A stretch of DNA of 63,653 nucleotides, counting the filler, from Lama guanicoe (taxonomy: Eukaryota), in assembly GCA_013239625.1 (NCBI GenBank). It is 178 parts of 178 records of this genome, joined end to end, with 100 filler letters (N's around TTAATTAATTAA, not from the genome) between each part and the next. Parts side by side here need not be neighbours in the genome. Positions count along the whole stretch, not along the records: positions 39,736 to 39,993 come from PNXV01049726.1; positions 40,094 to 40,351 come from PNXV01049727.1; positions 40,452 to 40,709 come from PNXV01049728.1; positions 40,810 to 41,067 come from PNXV01049729.1; positions 41,168 to 41,425 come from PNXV01049730.1; positions 41,526 to 41,783 come from PNXV01049731.1; positions 41,884 to 42,141 come from PNXV01049732.1; positions 42,242 to 42,499 come from PNXV01049733.1; 170 more parts are not named here. One strand, given 5' to 3'. A model generated the notes under the pieces. The model did not search any database, was not told the origin of the DNA, and worked only from the letters and a program-made list of their open reading frames with translations. This document shows positions 39,636 to 52,352 of this stretch, piece by piece. Numbering within the stretch: position 1 is the first letter of the stretch; the number at the start of each line of letters is the position of its first letter. A program made the position numbers and the translations under genes.

Positions 39636-40809
39636 NNNNNNNNNNNNNNNNNNNNNNNNNNNNNNNNNNNNNNNNNNNNTTAATTAATTAANNNNNNNNN
39701 NNNNNNNNNNNNNNNNNNNNNNNNNNNNNNNNNNNCAACATCCCCATCCGACAAGATCAGGTGATGAATGTAGGAATCACTGAACAAGACGGGCTAAATC
39801 AAAACTCCGCTAGGCACCAGGAGAGCTGGTGAAATGGAGTCTTGCACAGAACGCTGCTCCGGGCACTTGGAGAAAAGCAGAGATGGGAAACCGAACTTGG
39901 GAGATACACAATGAAGCTGCCTATTCAAGATGGGTCCCTGATGTCAACACAGATGGGCAGGTGCTGACTACCAACCACGCCATCAGCCACCTGNNNNNNN
40001 NNNNNNNNNNNNNNNNNNNNNNNNNNNNNNNNNNNNNTTAATTAATTAANNNNNNNNNNNNNNNNNNNNNNNNNNNNNNNNNNNNNNNNNNNNGTGAAAA
40101 ACCATTTTGGTACTAGTGCATCCCCATAGATATGTATGTAGCTTAGTTTCCCTACCCCAGAAACTGTGGGTTCCCAATTACCTAGTTGAAGGACAGCTTC
40201 CAAACTCATACATATCTAAAAATTGAGCATGTGGTATGGAGTTCTTTCATATAGCATAAAAGGTGGAGTGACATATAGAAACACTAACTCTGACTTCTCA
40301 GTATGATTCTGAAAGCCAGTTTCAAGTAAAAGCTCTTTGGAATGGAAAAGCNNNNNNNNNNNNNNNNNNNNNNNNNNNNNNNNNNNNNNNNNNNNTTAAT
40401 TAATTAANNNNNNNNNNNNNNNNNNNNNNNNNNNNNNNNNNNNNNNNNNNNGTCTGTGGTCTTTATGCAACAGTTTCACCAAGGCCTCTCTTACTCCAAA
40501 TATTCTTCCCTCCAGTTCCTTTGTTGTTGAAGCGGGATCCATGCCACTTAGATCAACACCACTCAGCTCCCATCCTCACTCGCCTCACCACCCTGTCTCC
40601 AGTGTCAGAGCTCCCCTGTTGATTACCACCAATTTAGCATTTCAAAAATACAAACCTGACCATGTCACTGCTGTTTGTACAACTCTGGGTCACAGAAGGT
40701 CAAGAAATGNNNNNNNNNNNNNNNNNNNNNNNNNNNNNNNNNNNNNNNNNNNNTTAATTAATTAANNNNNNNNNNNNNNNNNNNNNNNNNNNNNNNNNNN
40801 NNNNNNNNN

Positions 40810-41067
40810 TTTTTTTTTTTTGGATGACGGCCATTCTGACAGGTGTGAGTGATATTTCTTTGTTGTTTTAATTTGCAATATCTCTGATAATTACTGCTGT
40901 TAAGCACCTTTTCATTTGCCTGTTAGTCATCTGTATGTCTTCTTTGGAGAAATATCTGTTCAGATCCCCTGACCATTTTTTCAATCTGATAGTTTAGCTT
41001 TTTGCTCTTGGTTGTATGAGCTCATGATATATTTTGGATATTAACCCCTTATAAGAGATGTCATTTG
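40810..41067 (-). mobile_element. LINE1 ORF2 fragment
   Basis: gccattctgacaggtgtgag...catctgtatgtcttctttggagaaat...attttggatattaacccctta. Confidence 0.92.
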
Positions 41068-42957
41068 NNNNNNNNNNNNNNNNNNNNNNNNNNNNNNNNN
41101 NNNNNNNNNNNTTAATTAATTAANNNNNNNNNNNNNNNNNNNNNNNNNNNNNNNNNNNNNNNNNNNNATGCAGAGACTCACTCTTGTATCTGCATCCAAA
41201 ACCTCCTCTGTCCAAGTATTGTCTCTGACATGCACAAGACATAGTCCTGTGACAGGAAACTGCTGGCATCTGAGGGAAAGTGGAGTTCTAGGATTCTCCA
41301 GTATTGAATGAGCGACTCTGTTTTCTTGGATCCCATGACAAGGGCTACAATGCGGGGCTTAGCAGTACCTCAGACACCATCAGCACACGGCCCTGCACTG
41401 AGCTCTGGGTTTGGCCCTTGTTTCCNNNNNNNNNNNNNNNNNNNNNNNNNNNNNNNNNNNNNNNNNNNNTTAATTAATTAANNNNNNNNNNNNNNNNNNN
41501 NNNNNNNNNNNNNNNNNNNNNNNNNAGCGTTACTCAGGCAAAATCATGGTGTTCATTTTCGGTGAGGAGGGCAACACGGGTACCTGGCTCTAGGGAGGAA
41601 GAGCAGTGGTGGAGTTTATGATGTAAACAGAAGTACATGTAGTTATATTATTTCCAGGAAAAAAAAATCAGTTTGTGAAATAGCTTGTAAACATGTGTTG
41701 GCACAAATGGCTTCATAAAGACATTTATTGGATGACCCATGCATTCAGCAATCTGTTCTGTGAGAGGCAGTGGCCGTTAGATANNNNNNNNNNNNNNNNN
41801 NNNNNNNNNNNNNNNNNNNNNNNNNNNTTAATTAATTAANNNNNNNNNNNNNNNNNNNNNNNNNNNNNNNNNNNNNNNNNNNNCTGTTGTCCTATCCTGT
41901 CACTCCTGTCCCTTCCAACCGAGCCCTCCAGCCCTCCTCCTCCATTTTCTTTCTTCACTTTGGCTGAGAAACAGCTGTTCAGGGGTCACAGATGCTCCCT
42001 GATGGGGAACTCCAAGCGCTGGCTTTCAGTATTTGCAGGGAAGATTTTATGACCTGAAACACTAAAAGTAATGGGAAGCACATTTTGGTTTCTTAATCTT
42101 GTTAACAAAAGCCAAGACAGTTGAGATTAAAAAACAAGGTGNNNNNNNNNNNNNNNNNNNNNNNNNNNNNNNNNNNNNNNNNNNNTTAATTAATTAANNN
42201 NNNNNNNNNNNNNNNNNNNNNNNNNNNNNNNNNNNNNNNNNGTTTGTAACAAAACCAGAGATCTGTGGGTTTGATCTTTGGGGGAAAAATCGGCATTTCC
42301 ACGTAATCAGGCTGTCCAGATCATTCTTAGTCACTGCAGTCAGAGCTGAGGATGGCCCCTAACTTTATTCATTGTATTTTCATTTTAACGCCCAGCTGAC
42401 CCTGAGGGGCTGTGTTCGGCCTCTGTCATCTGTCACTATCCTGCTGAGACTGGTGGCCAAGCTGAGGCTCAGAGGTTCCAGGGCAGCTCACTTCCTGCCN
42501 NNNNNNNNNNNNNNNNNNNNNNNNNNNNNNNNNNNNNNNNNNNTTAATTAATTAANNNNNNNNNNNNNNNNNNNNNNNNNNNNNNNNNNNNNNNNNNNNA
42601 CTCAGCTCTCAATAATCTATTAGTTTCCTTACCATTTTATTATCTTTTCCAGAGTATTAATGTTTAGAAATATCCATCCAAGATCACCATCTGTATAATT
42701 ATTATTCACCCTGTATTTTTCAAACTCCCAGTAAGTTACAACAACTAATGTATTCTCTACTATTGAGTATGCCATCCTGATTCACCACGAGTGGTTTTTA
42801 ACAATGGGGCTGCTTTATTATTCCAGGGGCTTCCCATGTTCCATCTACTACCATCAANNNNNNNNNNNNNNNNNNNNNNNNNNNNNNNNNNNNNNNNNNN
42901 NTTAATTAATTAANNNNNNNNNNNNNNNNNNNNNNNNNNNNNNNNNNNNNNNNNNNN

Positions 42958-43215
42958 TAGGACAAAGCCACAGCCAACATAATACTCAATGGTGAAAAGA
43001 TCTAAGCCTTCCTTCTACAGTCTGGAACAAGACTGTAGGATGCACACTCTCACCATGTGTTTTCAATATAATATTGGAAGTCCTAGCCATAGCAATCGGG
43101 TAAGAAAATGAAATAAAATGTATCCACATGAAAAAAGAAGTAAAATTGACATTCTATGTGGATGATGTGATACTATATATAGAAAACACTAAAGGTTCCA
43201 CACACACAAAAAAAA
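42958..43215 (+). mobile_element. LINE1 ORF2 reverse-transcriptase region (decayed)
   Basis: cacagccaacataatactcaatggtgaaaag...ggaacaagac..ggatgc..actctcacca (degenerate GTRQGCPLSP); tatgtggatgat (YVDD) at the F/YADD motif. Confidence 0.92.
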
Positions 43216-43422
43216 NNNNNNNNNNNNNNNNNNNNNNNNNNNNNNNNNNNNNNNNNNNNTTAATTAATTAANNNNNNNNNNNNNNNNNNNNNNNNNNNNN
43301 NNNNNNNNNNNNNNNAACGCCAAACCAATGGACTCAGTCCTCCAAGATGTTGTTCTGTGAAGTGATACTTCCTGGAGAAGGAGGAAAAGGTTTGAGAAAG
43401 AGTTCAGAAGTGGGTCTGAGAT

Positions 43423-43478
43423 GGAAGAAGAGGTTATCACAGGAAGAAGAGGTTATCACGGGAACGAGAGCTTACGAC
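43423..43478 (+). repeat. 19-bp-period tandem repeat (two near-perfect copies and one degenerate)
   Basis: ggaagaagaggttatcac at 43423 and 43442; ggaacgagagcttacgac at 43461. Confidence 0.85.
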
Positions 43479-44031
43479 AGGCCGGGTGAGCGGTGAGTCT
43501 CGCCCTCTGGGTGGTTACTGAGGTTGACAAATGAGGAGGGCCTTCCTGAGACTGACTCGTCTCCAGGTTGGTTNNNNNNNNNNNNNNNNNNNNNNNNNNN
43601 NNNNNNNNNNNNNNNNNTTAATTAATTAANNNNNNNNNNNNNNNNNNNNNNNNNNNNNNNNNNNNNNNNNNNNTTTCAAGTACTACTTGAAAATTATCCA
43701 GTTGTCAAAAATCCAGAAGACACTACACTTTTCCTAATGGCACAGCTTGAGAAAATACACTCAGAAATGGTACTTTGTGAAATTAAATTGTAAAAATACT
43801 TAGGGTCAGCTAGGTGATTTACCACTGAATGGAAAGAATCTAGAAAATTGGAGTTAAGTATACAAATTTATTTAAAAATAATCTACAATGATTTATATTC
43901 TACCCTATGCCATTTATACAGTGCTAAGACGNNNNNNNNNNNNNNNNNNNNNNNNNNNNNNNNNNNNNNNNNNNNTTAATTAATTAANNNNNNNNNNNNN
44001 NNNNNNNNNNNNNNNNNNNNNNNNNNNNNNN

Positions 44032-44200
44032 AAAAACTAAAAACCAAAGGAAAAATTCTGAATGCCTCCAGGAAATTTCTTATCAGAAATCAGGGAGTCC
44101 AAAAGGAAGTTACATATTTTTTAAGTTTTGAGAGTACTGCCCACTCAGATTTCTGTATTCAGCAAAAATATCCTTCAAAACTGAAGAGCAAATCAGCTAT
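44032..44200 (+). mobile_element. Old LINE1 ORF1 3' fragment
   Basis: atttctgtattcagcaaaaatatccttcaaaactgaagagcaaat. Confidence 0.65.
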
Positions 44201-47200
44201 TATCTATAAAATAGATAAATAACAAGGTCCTCCTGAACATCAAGGGAATTCAGTATCTCATAATGGCCTATATATATAAAGTTGAATCANNNNNNNNNNN
44301 NNNNNNNNNNNNNNNNNNNNNNNNNNNNNNNNNTTAATTAATTAANNNNNNNNNNNNNNNNNNNNNNNNNNNNNNNNNNNNNNNNNNNNAAAGGGTGAGT
44401 CTCCCACCAGCCAGATGAGTTAATGAGCCCTGACTGTTAATAGAGATGTCAGAGCCATTTAATTGCCTTTACATCCATACCTTAAATATATAAAAAAGAC
44501 AATTATGAAACATTTTAAAGAGGAAAATGTAATCAATCATATGTAACTGTTGAACTCAAAGCTAATTTATTTTATATGTTCAGAAGTTCCTGTAGTTTGT
44601 TCCATTCCAGAAGTCTCCTTCATGTTTTTCTTATCACTTGTACTAAANNNNNNNNNNNNNNNNNNNNNNNNNNNNNNNNNNNNNNNNNNNNTTAATTAAT
44701 TAANNNNNNNNNNNNNNNNNNNNNNNNNNNNNNNNNNNNNNNNNNNNTTGAGTTTATAGGGCCTTCTTCCTCAACTCTCATATAACATTTATTTGTCTTA
44801 CTCCATCTCCCATCTCTCTCCACCACTTCTCTGGCTATTAGGATAACATGGCCCTTTGAAAAACTGGAAGACAGAGAAAATGCTATGAAGTTAGTGAGAT
44901 GAGATGAGATAAAATGAACTGAGCTGGAGTGAATTTTATGAGACCCTGTGTCTGTGCAGAGAGGCAGAGAGACACAGTGGGTATGGAGTAGGACAACTGA
45001 GGACANNNNNNNNNNNNNNNNNNNNNNNNNNNNNNNNNNNNNNNNNNNNTTAATTAATTAANNNNNNNNNNNNNNNNNNNNNNNNNNNNNNNNNNNNNNN
45101 NNNNNCACTTGCTTGTCACTGTGGTTTGACTTATGTGCTGTGTGTGGGGTGTGCGTATATGTGTGTGTGTATGTGGCAGTAGCAGCAGCAGCAGCAGGGA
45201 AGGGTAGGCAGGATGAGAGAATCTTTCAAAAAGACTAGGTCAGGATCGTATGCCCTGTCGAAGAGGTTAATAGGCAAAAGGGAGATAGATAGCTATCCAG
45301 CATGCAAGCAAATACGTACCATTCCCTCATTTTACAGCTTCAGTTTTCTGGAGTTTGTTCTTCNNNNNNNNNNNNNNNNNNNNNNNNNNNNNNNNNNNNN
45401 NNNNNNNTTAATTAATTAANNNNNNNNNNNNNNNNNNNNNNNNNNNNNNNNNNNNNNNNNNNNCTCCAAGGTGGGCTTGACAATGAAAAGGATGTTTGAC
45501 AACCAAATGAACAATTACAGATTGTAGCGTGTAAGGAGAAGGAGGGGAAGAGCAGGACTGTGCGACACGTGTAAAGGTGAATGCCACTGGTGGAAGCAAG
45601 GAAGTCTAGGGCACACAGGGCTGGTAGGACGTTCACGTGGAGAGGTACAACAGGTGTTGAAAATGTGGCATCGGAACTTTGGAGAAACAATGGGGTTTGT
45701 GTAGAAAATATATGAAGTTCCNNNNNNNNNNNNNNNNNNNNNNNNNNNNNNNNNNNNNNNNNNNNTTAATTAATTAANNNNNNNNNNNNNNNNNNNNNNN
45801 NNNNNNNNNNNNNNNNNNNNNGCAGGTGACACAGTGGGACGAGGAGAGGACTGACCCACCGCTGTCCCCACGCCCAGCCTGCACCCCTCTGACCACCCAG
45901 CTTCCGGAGCGGCGTCGACCAGAGCAACCCATTCCTCTGGTCACGGGAACCGGGTTAGGGATCAGCCCAGAACACAGGACAGGCTGATCATGGCCCAGGA
46001 GACCCGATTCCATGATCTTTCCCCGGAGGTAAGATGAGCAAGAGGAAGTGGCCAGAGCATGTCCCTTCTCGCCTGAGAANNNNNNNNNNNNNNNNNNNNN
46101 NNNNNNNNNNNNNNNNNNNNNNNTTAATTAATTAANNNNNNNNNNNNNNNNNNNNNNNNNNNNNNNNNNNNNNNNNNNNTTTTTTTATAATATTCTGAAC
46201 TCCTGTTGCTATTTCTCATAATGGCACTATATTATCAAATATAATTCAGTGTTAAGGCAAGTAGAATCACGAGACCAAATATACAGTAGAAATCTATCTC
46301 ATCCAGAGACTTGAAATATGTTTCTTGATTAGTTAGCTTGACATCACAACCCATCAGGGCATCGCCCAACAAAACTGGAGTACCACACGGCTGTGCAGAA
46401 TAGAAGTGTGAAGCAGTAAGAGAGGTTAATATACATANNNNNNNNNNNNNNNNNNNNNNNNNNNNNNNNNNNNNNNNNNNNTTAATTAATTAANNNNNNN
46501 NNNNNNNNNNNNNNNNNNNNNNNNNNNNNNNNNNNNNCTTACCTGTCACTGGCTAACCAGCCTTCTCACCTCTGAGTCTGCAGCCTCTTATGACTTGTTT
46601 ACCATTCCAGCCCAAGGCTCATGCCTTTGTTCCCACAGTTGGAAGGCTACAATCAGTAAAAAAGGAAATAAATAGATAGCTAAGGATCTGAAAAAATGGA
46701 CAAAAGGCATAAATCAACAATTCATAGTTTGAGAAGTCCTTGCCTCTTGCCTTTTAGGTATGTTCTTATACCTGTCTGAGCATTATTTCCCTCCCNNNNN
46801 NNNNNNNNNNNNNNNNNNNNNNNNNNNNNNNNNNNNNNNTTAATTAATTAANNNNNNNNNNNNNNNNNNNNNNNNNNNNNNNNNNNNNNNNNNNNTTTTT
46901 TTTTTCCTCTTATATTGACAGAATGCACCGTCAGTGTGTCTATGTGTGGACAGATATAAACAAATACCCGTTCTTCCTTTCACAGGTTTGTCATCTGTGC
47001 AATGCTCAGGCTACAGACCATGGCAGGCTGCAAGTCAGCCCCTTGCACAACCCGCAGCAGTGCGGGGAGTTCACATTTCAGTGGTTCTCCTTCACTGAGC
47101 AGATGCTTCAAATGAGACGATATTTAAAACTAGCTAGTTATCATTTACACTGTNNNNNNNNNNNNNNNNNNNNNNNNNNNNNNNNNNNNNNNNNNNNTTA

Positions 47201-47689
47201 ATTAATTAANNNNNNNNNNNNNNNNNNNNNNNNNNNNNNNNNNNNNNNNNNNNTTGTTTCCATTTGACAAAGAAGGAAAGAGAGGAGTTAAATGTCTTGC
47301 CTGGAGTTGTGCAATTAAGGAGCGGTGGAGCTGGCTGGAAACCTGGTCTGCGTGAGTCCACAGCACATCCTGTCCGCACTGCGCTCGCCCCTTTGGTGTT
47401 TTGCGTTCTGTGTCTGTGTGTGTGAATACGTAGCTGGGGGAGAGAGGGAGGCGCCTGTGTGTTAGGCTGGTACCAGGCACCGGGGGCCTGGAGGAGACCA
47501 TTACTGCTGATNNNNNNNNNNNNNNNNNNNNNNNNNNNNNNNNNNNNNNNNNNNNTTAATTAATTAANNNNNNNNNNNNNNNNNNNNNNNNNNNNNNNNN
47601 NNNNNNNNNNNGGGACATGCAAGGGTGGTTCCATTGATATCAGTCCATGTTTCTCTTGAGCCCCTCAGTTTCCCCAAAGAGGAGTTCTC

Positions 47690-47869
47690 ACTGGGACATC
47701 GTGCTGCACACCAGAAACTGACACATTGAAACTGACAGTACTTCAATAAAATTTTTTTTAATATAAATAAATATGCAAGCAACATAAAAAAAATGCTCAA
47801 GGGAAAAATTGAAAAAAAGAAAAAAAACACTGGAATTTGACAACATTGTAAAATGATTATAAATCAATA
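47690..47869 (+). mobile_element. Two very short LINE1 3' tails in tandem
   Basis: gtgctgcacaccagaaactgacacattg...cttcaataaaa, and cactggaatttgacaacattgtaaaatgattataaatcaata after an A-rich tract. Confidence 0.65.
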
Positions 47870-49401
47870 NNNNNNNNNNNNNNNNNNNNNNNNNNNNNNN
47901 NNNNNNNNNNNNNTTAATTAATTAANNNNNNNNNNNNNNNNNNNNNNNNNNNNNNNNNNNNNNNNNNNNAAAAGTAGTCTAACGTGATTAAACAAACCAT
48001 GAATTTTCACTAGCACATGTAAACAATCTGTATATAGTAACAGACCATATTCTATTGGTTAAAACACCTACTTGAAGAGATACGTATTTTTTCAAACCAG
48101 TTGCAATCTGGCTAACCAACTGAAGCCCCAACATGCACAAAATGAACATAAAAACCATTCTTTTATATAAAATGTAAAAGAATGTCCATTTCCAAATAAC
48201 TATCTTAAAGGCAAGCATTAAGAAAATNNNNNNNNNNNNNNNNNNNNNNNNNNNNNNNNNNNNNNNNNNNNTTAATTAATTAANNNNNNNNNNNNNNNNN
48301 NNNNNNNNNNNNNNNNNNNNNNNNNNNTACGTGGCAATTTAATTGGAGGTTCTGCTTCTTAAGTATGACACTGTCACACGAGAGTAACGATTCTGTAACA
48401 CATGTTGGCGAAGCTGAACTCAGTGGGGAAAAATGCCTGCATGTGGTCCTTCATCCCTGTCTCCAGAAACAGGAGCACCAATTTCGACGTGTTCCATCCA
48501 TTCTGCTTTCCTCGCTACATCAGTCCTGCTAACGTTTTGCCGAAACCATTCCTGAATCCCTGCAATGACTCTCGAGAAGCTATTTNNNNNNNNNNNNNNN
48601 NNNNNNNNNNNNNNNNNNNNNNNNNNNNNTTAATTAATTAANNNNNNNNNNNNNNNNNNNNNNNNNNNNNNNNNNNNNNNNNNNNCATAATACTACAACT
48701 CTCTGTGCCCTCACATTCCTGAGAAGTGCACAATTGTCACTGGAGTTATTATAATGGAGAGAACTACACTGAATATTCATTTAAATTAAAAAAAACCACT
48801 TTATTAATTTACATGCTAATTTAATGTGGTAGAAACAACCAGAAGTTAGGAGATAAAAAACTTTAGCATTTTGGTTGAGTTAATACCCTCATCTTAAACT
48901 TGGTTAACAGTTCCCACCTTACATTTTTGTGATGGTTGAGCAANNNNNNNNNNNNNNNNNNNNNNNNNNNNNNNNNNNNNNNNNNNNTTAATTAATTAAN
49001 NNNNNNNNNNNNNNNNNNNNNNNNNNNNNNNNNNNNNNNNNNNTTAACTAAAGGTTGGGGAAAATTTAACCTTATTTATATACTGAGAAAAATACACTAA
49101 CTTAGAGCCAAAGAGGTGGTTAACACAAGAAAGGATAACCGATACTGTGATTTTGTTGAAAAGATAGAAAACCATGAGACTGAGGGCAAAAAAATGGAAG
49201 GATTAGTCTTAAGAGAAGATGATGCTTCTTTAGTTATTCCCCCCCACAAACATATTCATTCTCATCTTGCTCATCTTCCTCACTTTAAATTTGGGATGCC
49301 ANNNNNNNNNNNNNNNNNNNNNNNNNNNNNNNNNNNNNNNNNNNNTTAATTAATTAANNNNNNNNNNNNNNNNNNNNNNNNNNNNNNNNNNNNNNNNNNN
49401 N

Positions 49402-49659
49402 CTGCAAATGGCAATATTTCATTCTTTTTATGGCTGAGTAATATTCCATTATATGTATATGTGTATACATATTATATATTGTATTATATATATTGTATCA
49501 TTTGATTTTCAACAACACAGAAAGGTAGTCCTTTGGTATTATATATTACATATATAAATGTGATATATATATATCATATTTTCTTTACCCACTCATCTGT
49601 TGATGGACACTTAGGTTGGTTCCATGTCTTGGCTATTGTAAATAATGCTGCTATGAACA
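49402..49659 (-). mobile_element. LINE1 3' fragment with a TA-rich expansion and a short foreign insert
   Basis: tgcaaatggcaatatttcattc...tcatctgttgatggacacttaggttggttccatgtcttggctattg. Confidence 0.92.
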
Positions 49660-50859
49660 NNNNNNNNNNNNNNNNNNNNNNNNNNNNNNNNNNNNNNNNN
49701 NNNTTAATTAATTAANNNNNNNNNNNNNNNNNNNNNNNNNNNNNNNNNNNNNNNNNNNNCTTACATATAACATATCCAAGCAGCTCTTGAGTTATCCACA
49801 GTACCCTAGTCTAGAGTTATTATCACTGTACTTAAAAATGTAATAGGCAAGGATCAGGCCCTTGCTTTTGAACTGCCACTGGATATTCCCTTAGGTTAAA
49901 GACCAAAAGTAAAGTACCTATTCTACTTTAAAGCAGTTGTTCAAAGATTTTAAGACATTCACTATCTATATCCAGTTTACAGGAAAGAATTAAGTTTTCT
50001 GAATCTTAAAAAAAAAANNNNNNNNNNNNNNNNNNNNNNNNNNNNNNNNNNNNNNNNNNNNTTAATTAATTAANNNNNNNNNNNNNNNNNNNNNNNNNNN
50101 NNNNNNNNNNNNNNNNNGAGCGACACTTGTGAAGTGCCTACTATGTGCAGAATACTTGGCATAGAAGGAAGAAATAACTTTTATTCTACTTTCCCATATT
50201 TCTTGTTTAATCATGGTGTTCAAACTTGGTAGTAATTTTGGATCCTACTTATTTGCATCCTCAAGTATCACATGCGCAAACCGAGGATTAAAACTCTTCA
50301 TTAATTCCCTTGTGTCTCTGAATTATTAATACATCCAAGATGTGAATCCACCTTTCTTAGTCCTAATCTACGCCCNNNNNNNNNNNNNNNNNNNNNNNNN
50401 NNNNNNNNNNNNNNNNNNNTTAATTAATTAANNNNNNNNNNNNNNNNNNNNNNNNNNNNNNNNNNNNNNNNNNNNACCACATCCTGCAGGGGGCTGTACC
50501 CCAGTGTCTTTGTCAAAACCCGGGATGAATGCACATCTCACAGGGTCTGCAGAGGACCAAGTGCGACTCTGTGATACAGCAAAAAGACCAGCGCTAACTG
50601 GCTGCAACGTGGTGACAGCCATTGGGCACACAGTCCTCTGTCGCTGCCCCAAGGCCAGGCCACAGCAGGAAGGCAGCAGCCCTGCTTGTCAAGTGCTGCA
50701 CTCTCTGCCCTGTCCCCCGGGGTCCCCAGAGGANNNNNNNNNNNNNNNNNNNNNNNNNNNNNNNNNNNNNNNNNNNNTTAATTAATTAANNNNNNNNNNN
50801 NNNNNNNNNNNNNNNNNNNNNNNNNNNNNNNNNAATTTTATCAAATTATTAATTCTAAA

Positions 50860-51092
50860 ATTTTTGTTGGAGTAAAACACACGTAAAGTTTTTTTTTTTT
50901 TTACCACCTTGACCACTTGGAAGTGTACAGTTCAGTAGTGTTAGGTACACACACTACTGAGCAATTGTCACGGTCAGCCATCTGCATGACTGAAGCTCTG
51001 CACCCATTAAATATTAACCCCCCGTTCCTCCCTCCCCCCAGCCCATGGCAACCACCATTCCACCTTCTGTCTCTGTGAATTTGACTACTCTT
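50860..51092 (-). mobile_element. Old LINE1 (L1MA/MB-like) 3' UTR
   Basis: aagtgtacagttcagtagtgtta...ggcaaccaccattc...ctgtctctgtgaatttgactactct. Confidence 0.85.
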
Positions 51093-51192
51093 NNNNNNNN
51101 NNNNNNNNNNNNNNNNNNNNNNNNNNNNNNNNNNNNTTAATTAATTAANNNNNNNNNNNNNNNNNNNNNNNNNNNNNNNNNNNNNNNNNNNN

Positions 51193-51450
51193 TATGAACA
51201 TTGGGGTGTAGGTATATTTCTGAATTAGAGATTCCTCCAAATATATGCCCAGGAGTAGGATTGCTGGATCATAGGGTAAGTTTATTTTTAGCTTCTTGAG
51301 GAAGCTCCATACTGTTTTCCATACTGGCTTCACTAAACTACATTCCCACCAACAGTGTAGGAGGGCTCCTTTTTCTCCACCGCCTCTCCAGCATTTATTG
51401 TTTGTGGACTTTTTAATGATGGCCACCTGATTGATGTGAGGTGATAGCTC
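51193..51450 (-). mobile_element. Relatively young LINE1 ORF2 C-terminal cysteine-rich region
   Basis: Open frame [61 protein letters not shown] (CCHC motif). Confidence 0.96.
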
Positions 51451-52268
51451 NNNNNNNNNNNNNNNNNNNNNNNNNNNNNNNNNNNNNNNNNNNNTTAATT
51501 AATTAANNNNNNNNNNNNNNNNNNNNNNNNNNNNNNNNNNNNNNNNNNNNAGTGAAAAATAGTAGCATTGTGTGTTATAGTAAATTTATAAGCATTATGA
51601 TATTCATTTCTCTACATTAGGTACAGTTTGATGTAGCATCCTGTTATATAAGAGCCGACACGACAAGAATGCAGCTCAGAAAAAGGCTAATTAGCTTGTT
51701 CATGTTCAAGCTCTTATAACTTACAAAATTGCTATTTATATTTACATATCTTACTCTGCCTCTCTGATAGTGCCATGTCCTTCCGTAATTTCATGAAATT
51801 ATACCATCGNNNNNNNNNNNNNNNNNNNNNNNNNNNNNNNNNNNNNNNNNNNNTTAATTAATTAANNNNNNNNNNNNNNNNNNNNNNNNNNNNNNNNNNN
51901 NNNNNNNNNAAGGAGTAAGACAAGAACAAGTTGGATCCTGGTGCACATCTGTGGATGCCTGTTTTGCAACTAAAATCAATTCAATTATTAGTTCAATTTT
52001 AGGGCACTGGAATTATTCCATCTTTTCCAAAACAGAATTAATATTGGGTTTAATAAATGTCTTGTTTAAGTCTAGATATAATATGCCTGTTGCAATTGAA
52101 TAGTTACATTTCCCATGAAAAAAAAAAATGAAGCTATTTCGACAGTCTTTCTCATTACTGCACCTCCANNNNNNNNNNNNNNNNNNNNNNNNNNNNNNNN
52201 NNNNNNNNNNNNTTAATTAATTAANNNNNNNNNNNNNNNNNNNNNNNNNNNNNNNNNNNNNNNNNNNN

Positions 52269-52352
52269 GTGTGGTTGGCTGAGTTCAGGGATGCAGTGGA
52301 ACTGTGGATGCAGAGGGCCAACTCTGTTATATGTAGATTTTCCCCCGTGTGG
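52269..52352 (+). mobile_element. Tigger2/MER8-like DNA transposon fragment
   Basis: ggaactgtggatgcagagggccaact...ttatatgtagatttt. Confidence 0.55.

Noticed and set aside
45179..45197. Short (AGC)n run
   Set aside because: Ordinary short microsatellite with no coding context.
46965..47153. Strong splice acceptor ttcttcctttcacag|G at 46985/46986
   Set aside because: No frame gives a recognisable protein and no clear donor follows, so the motif alone is insufficient.
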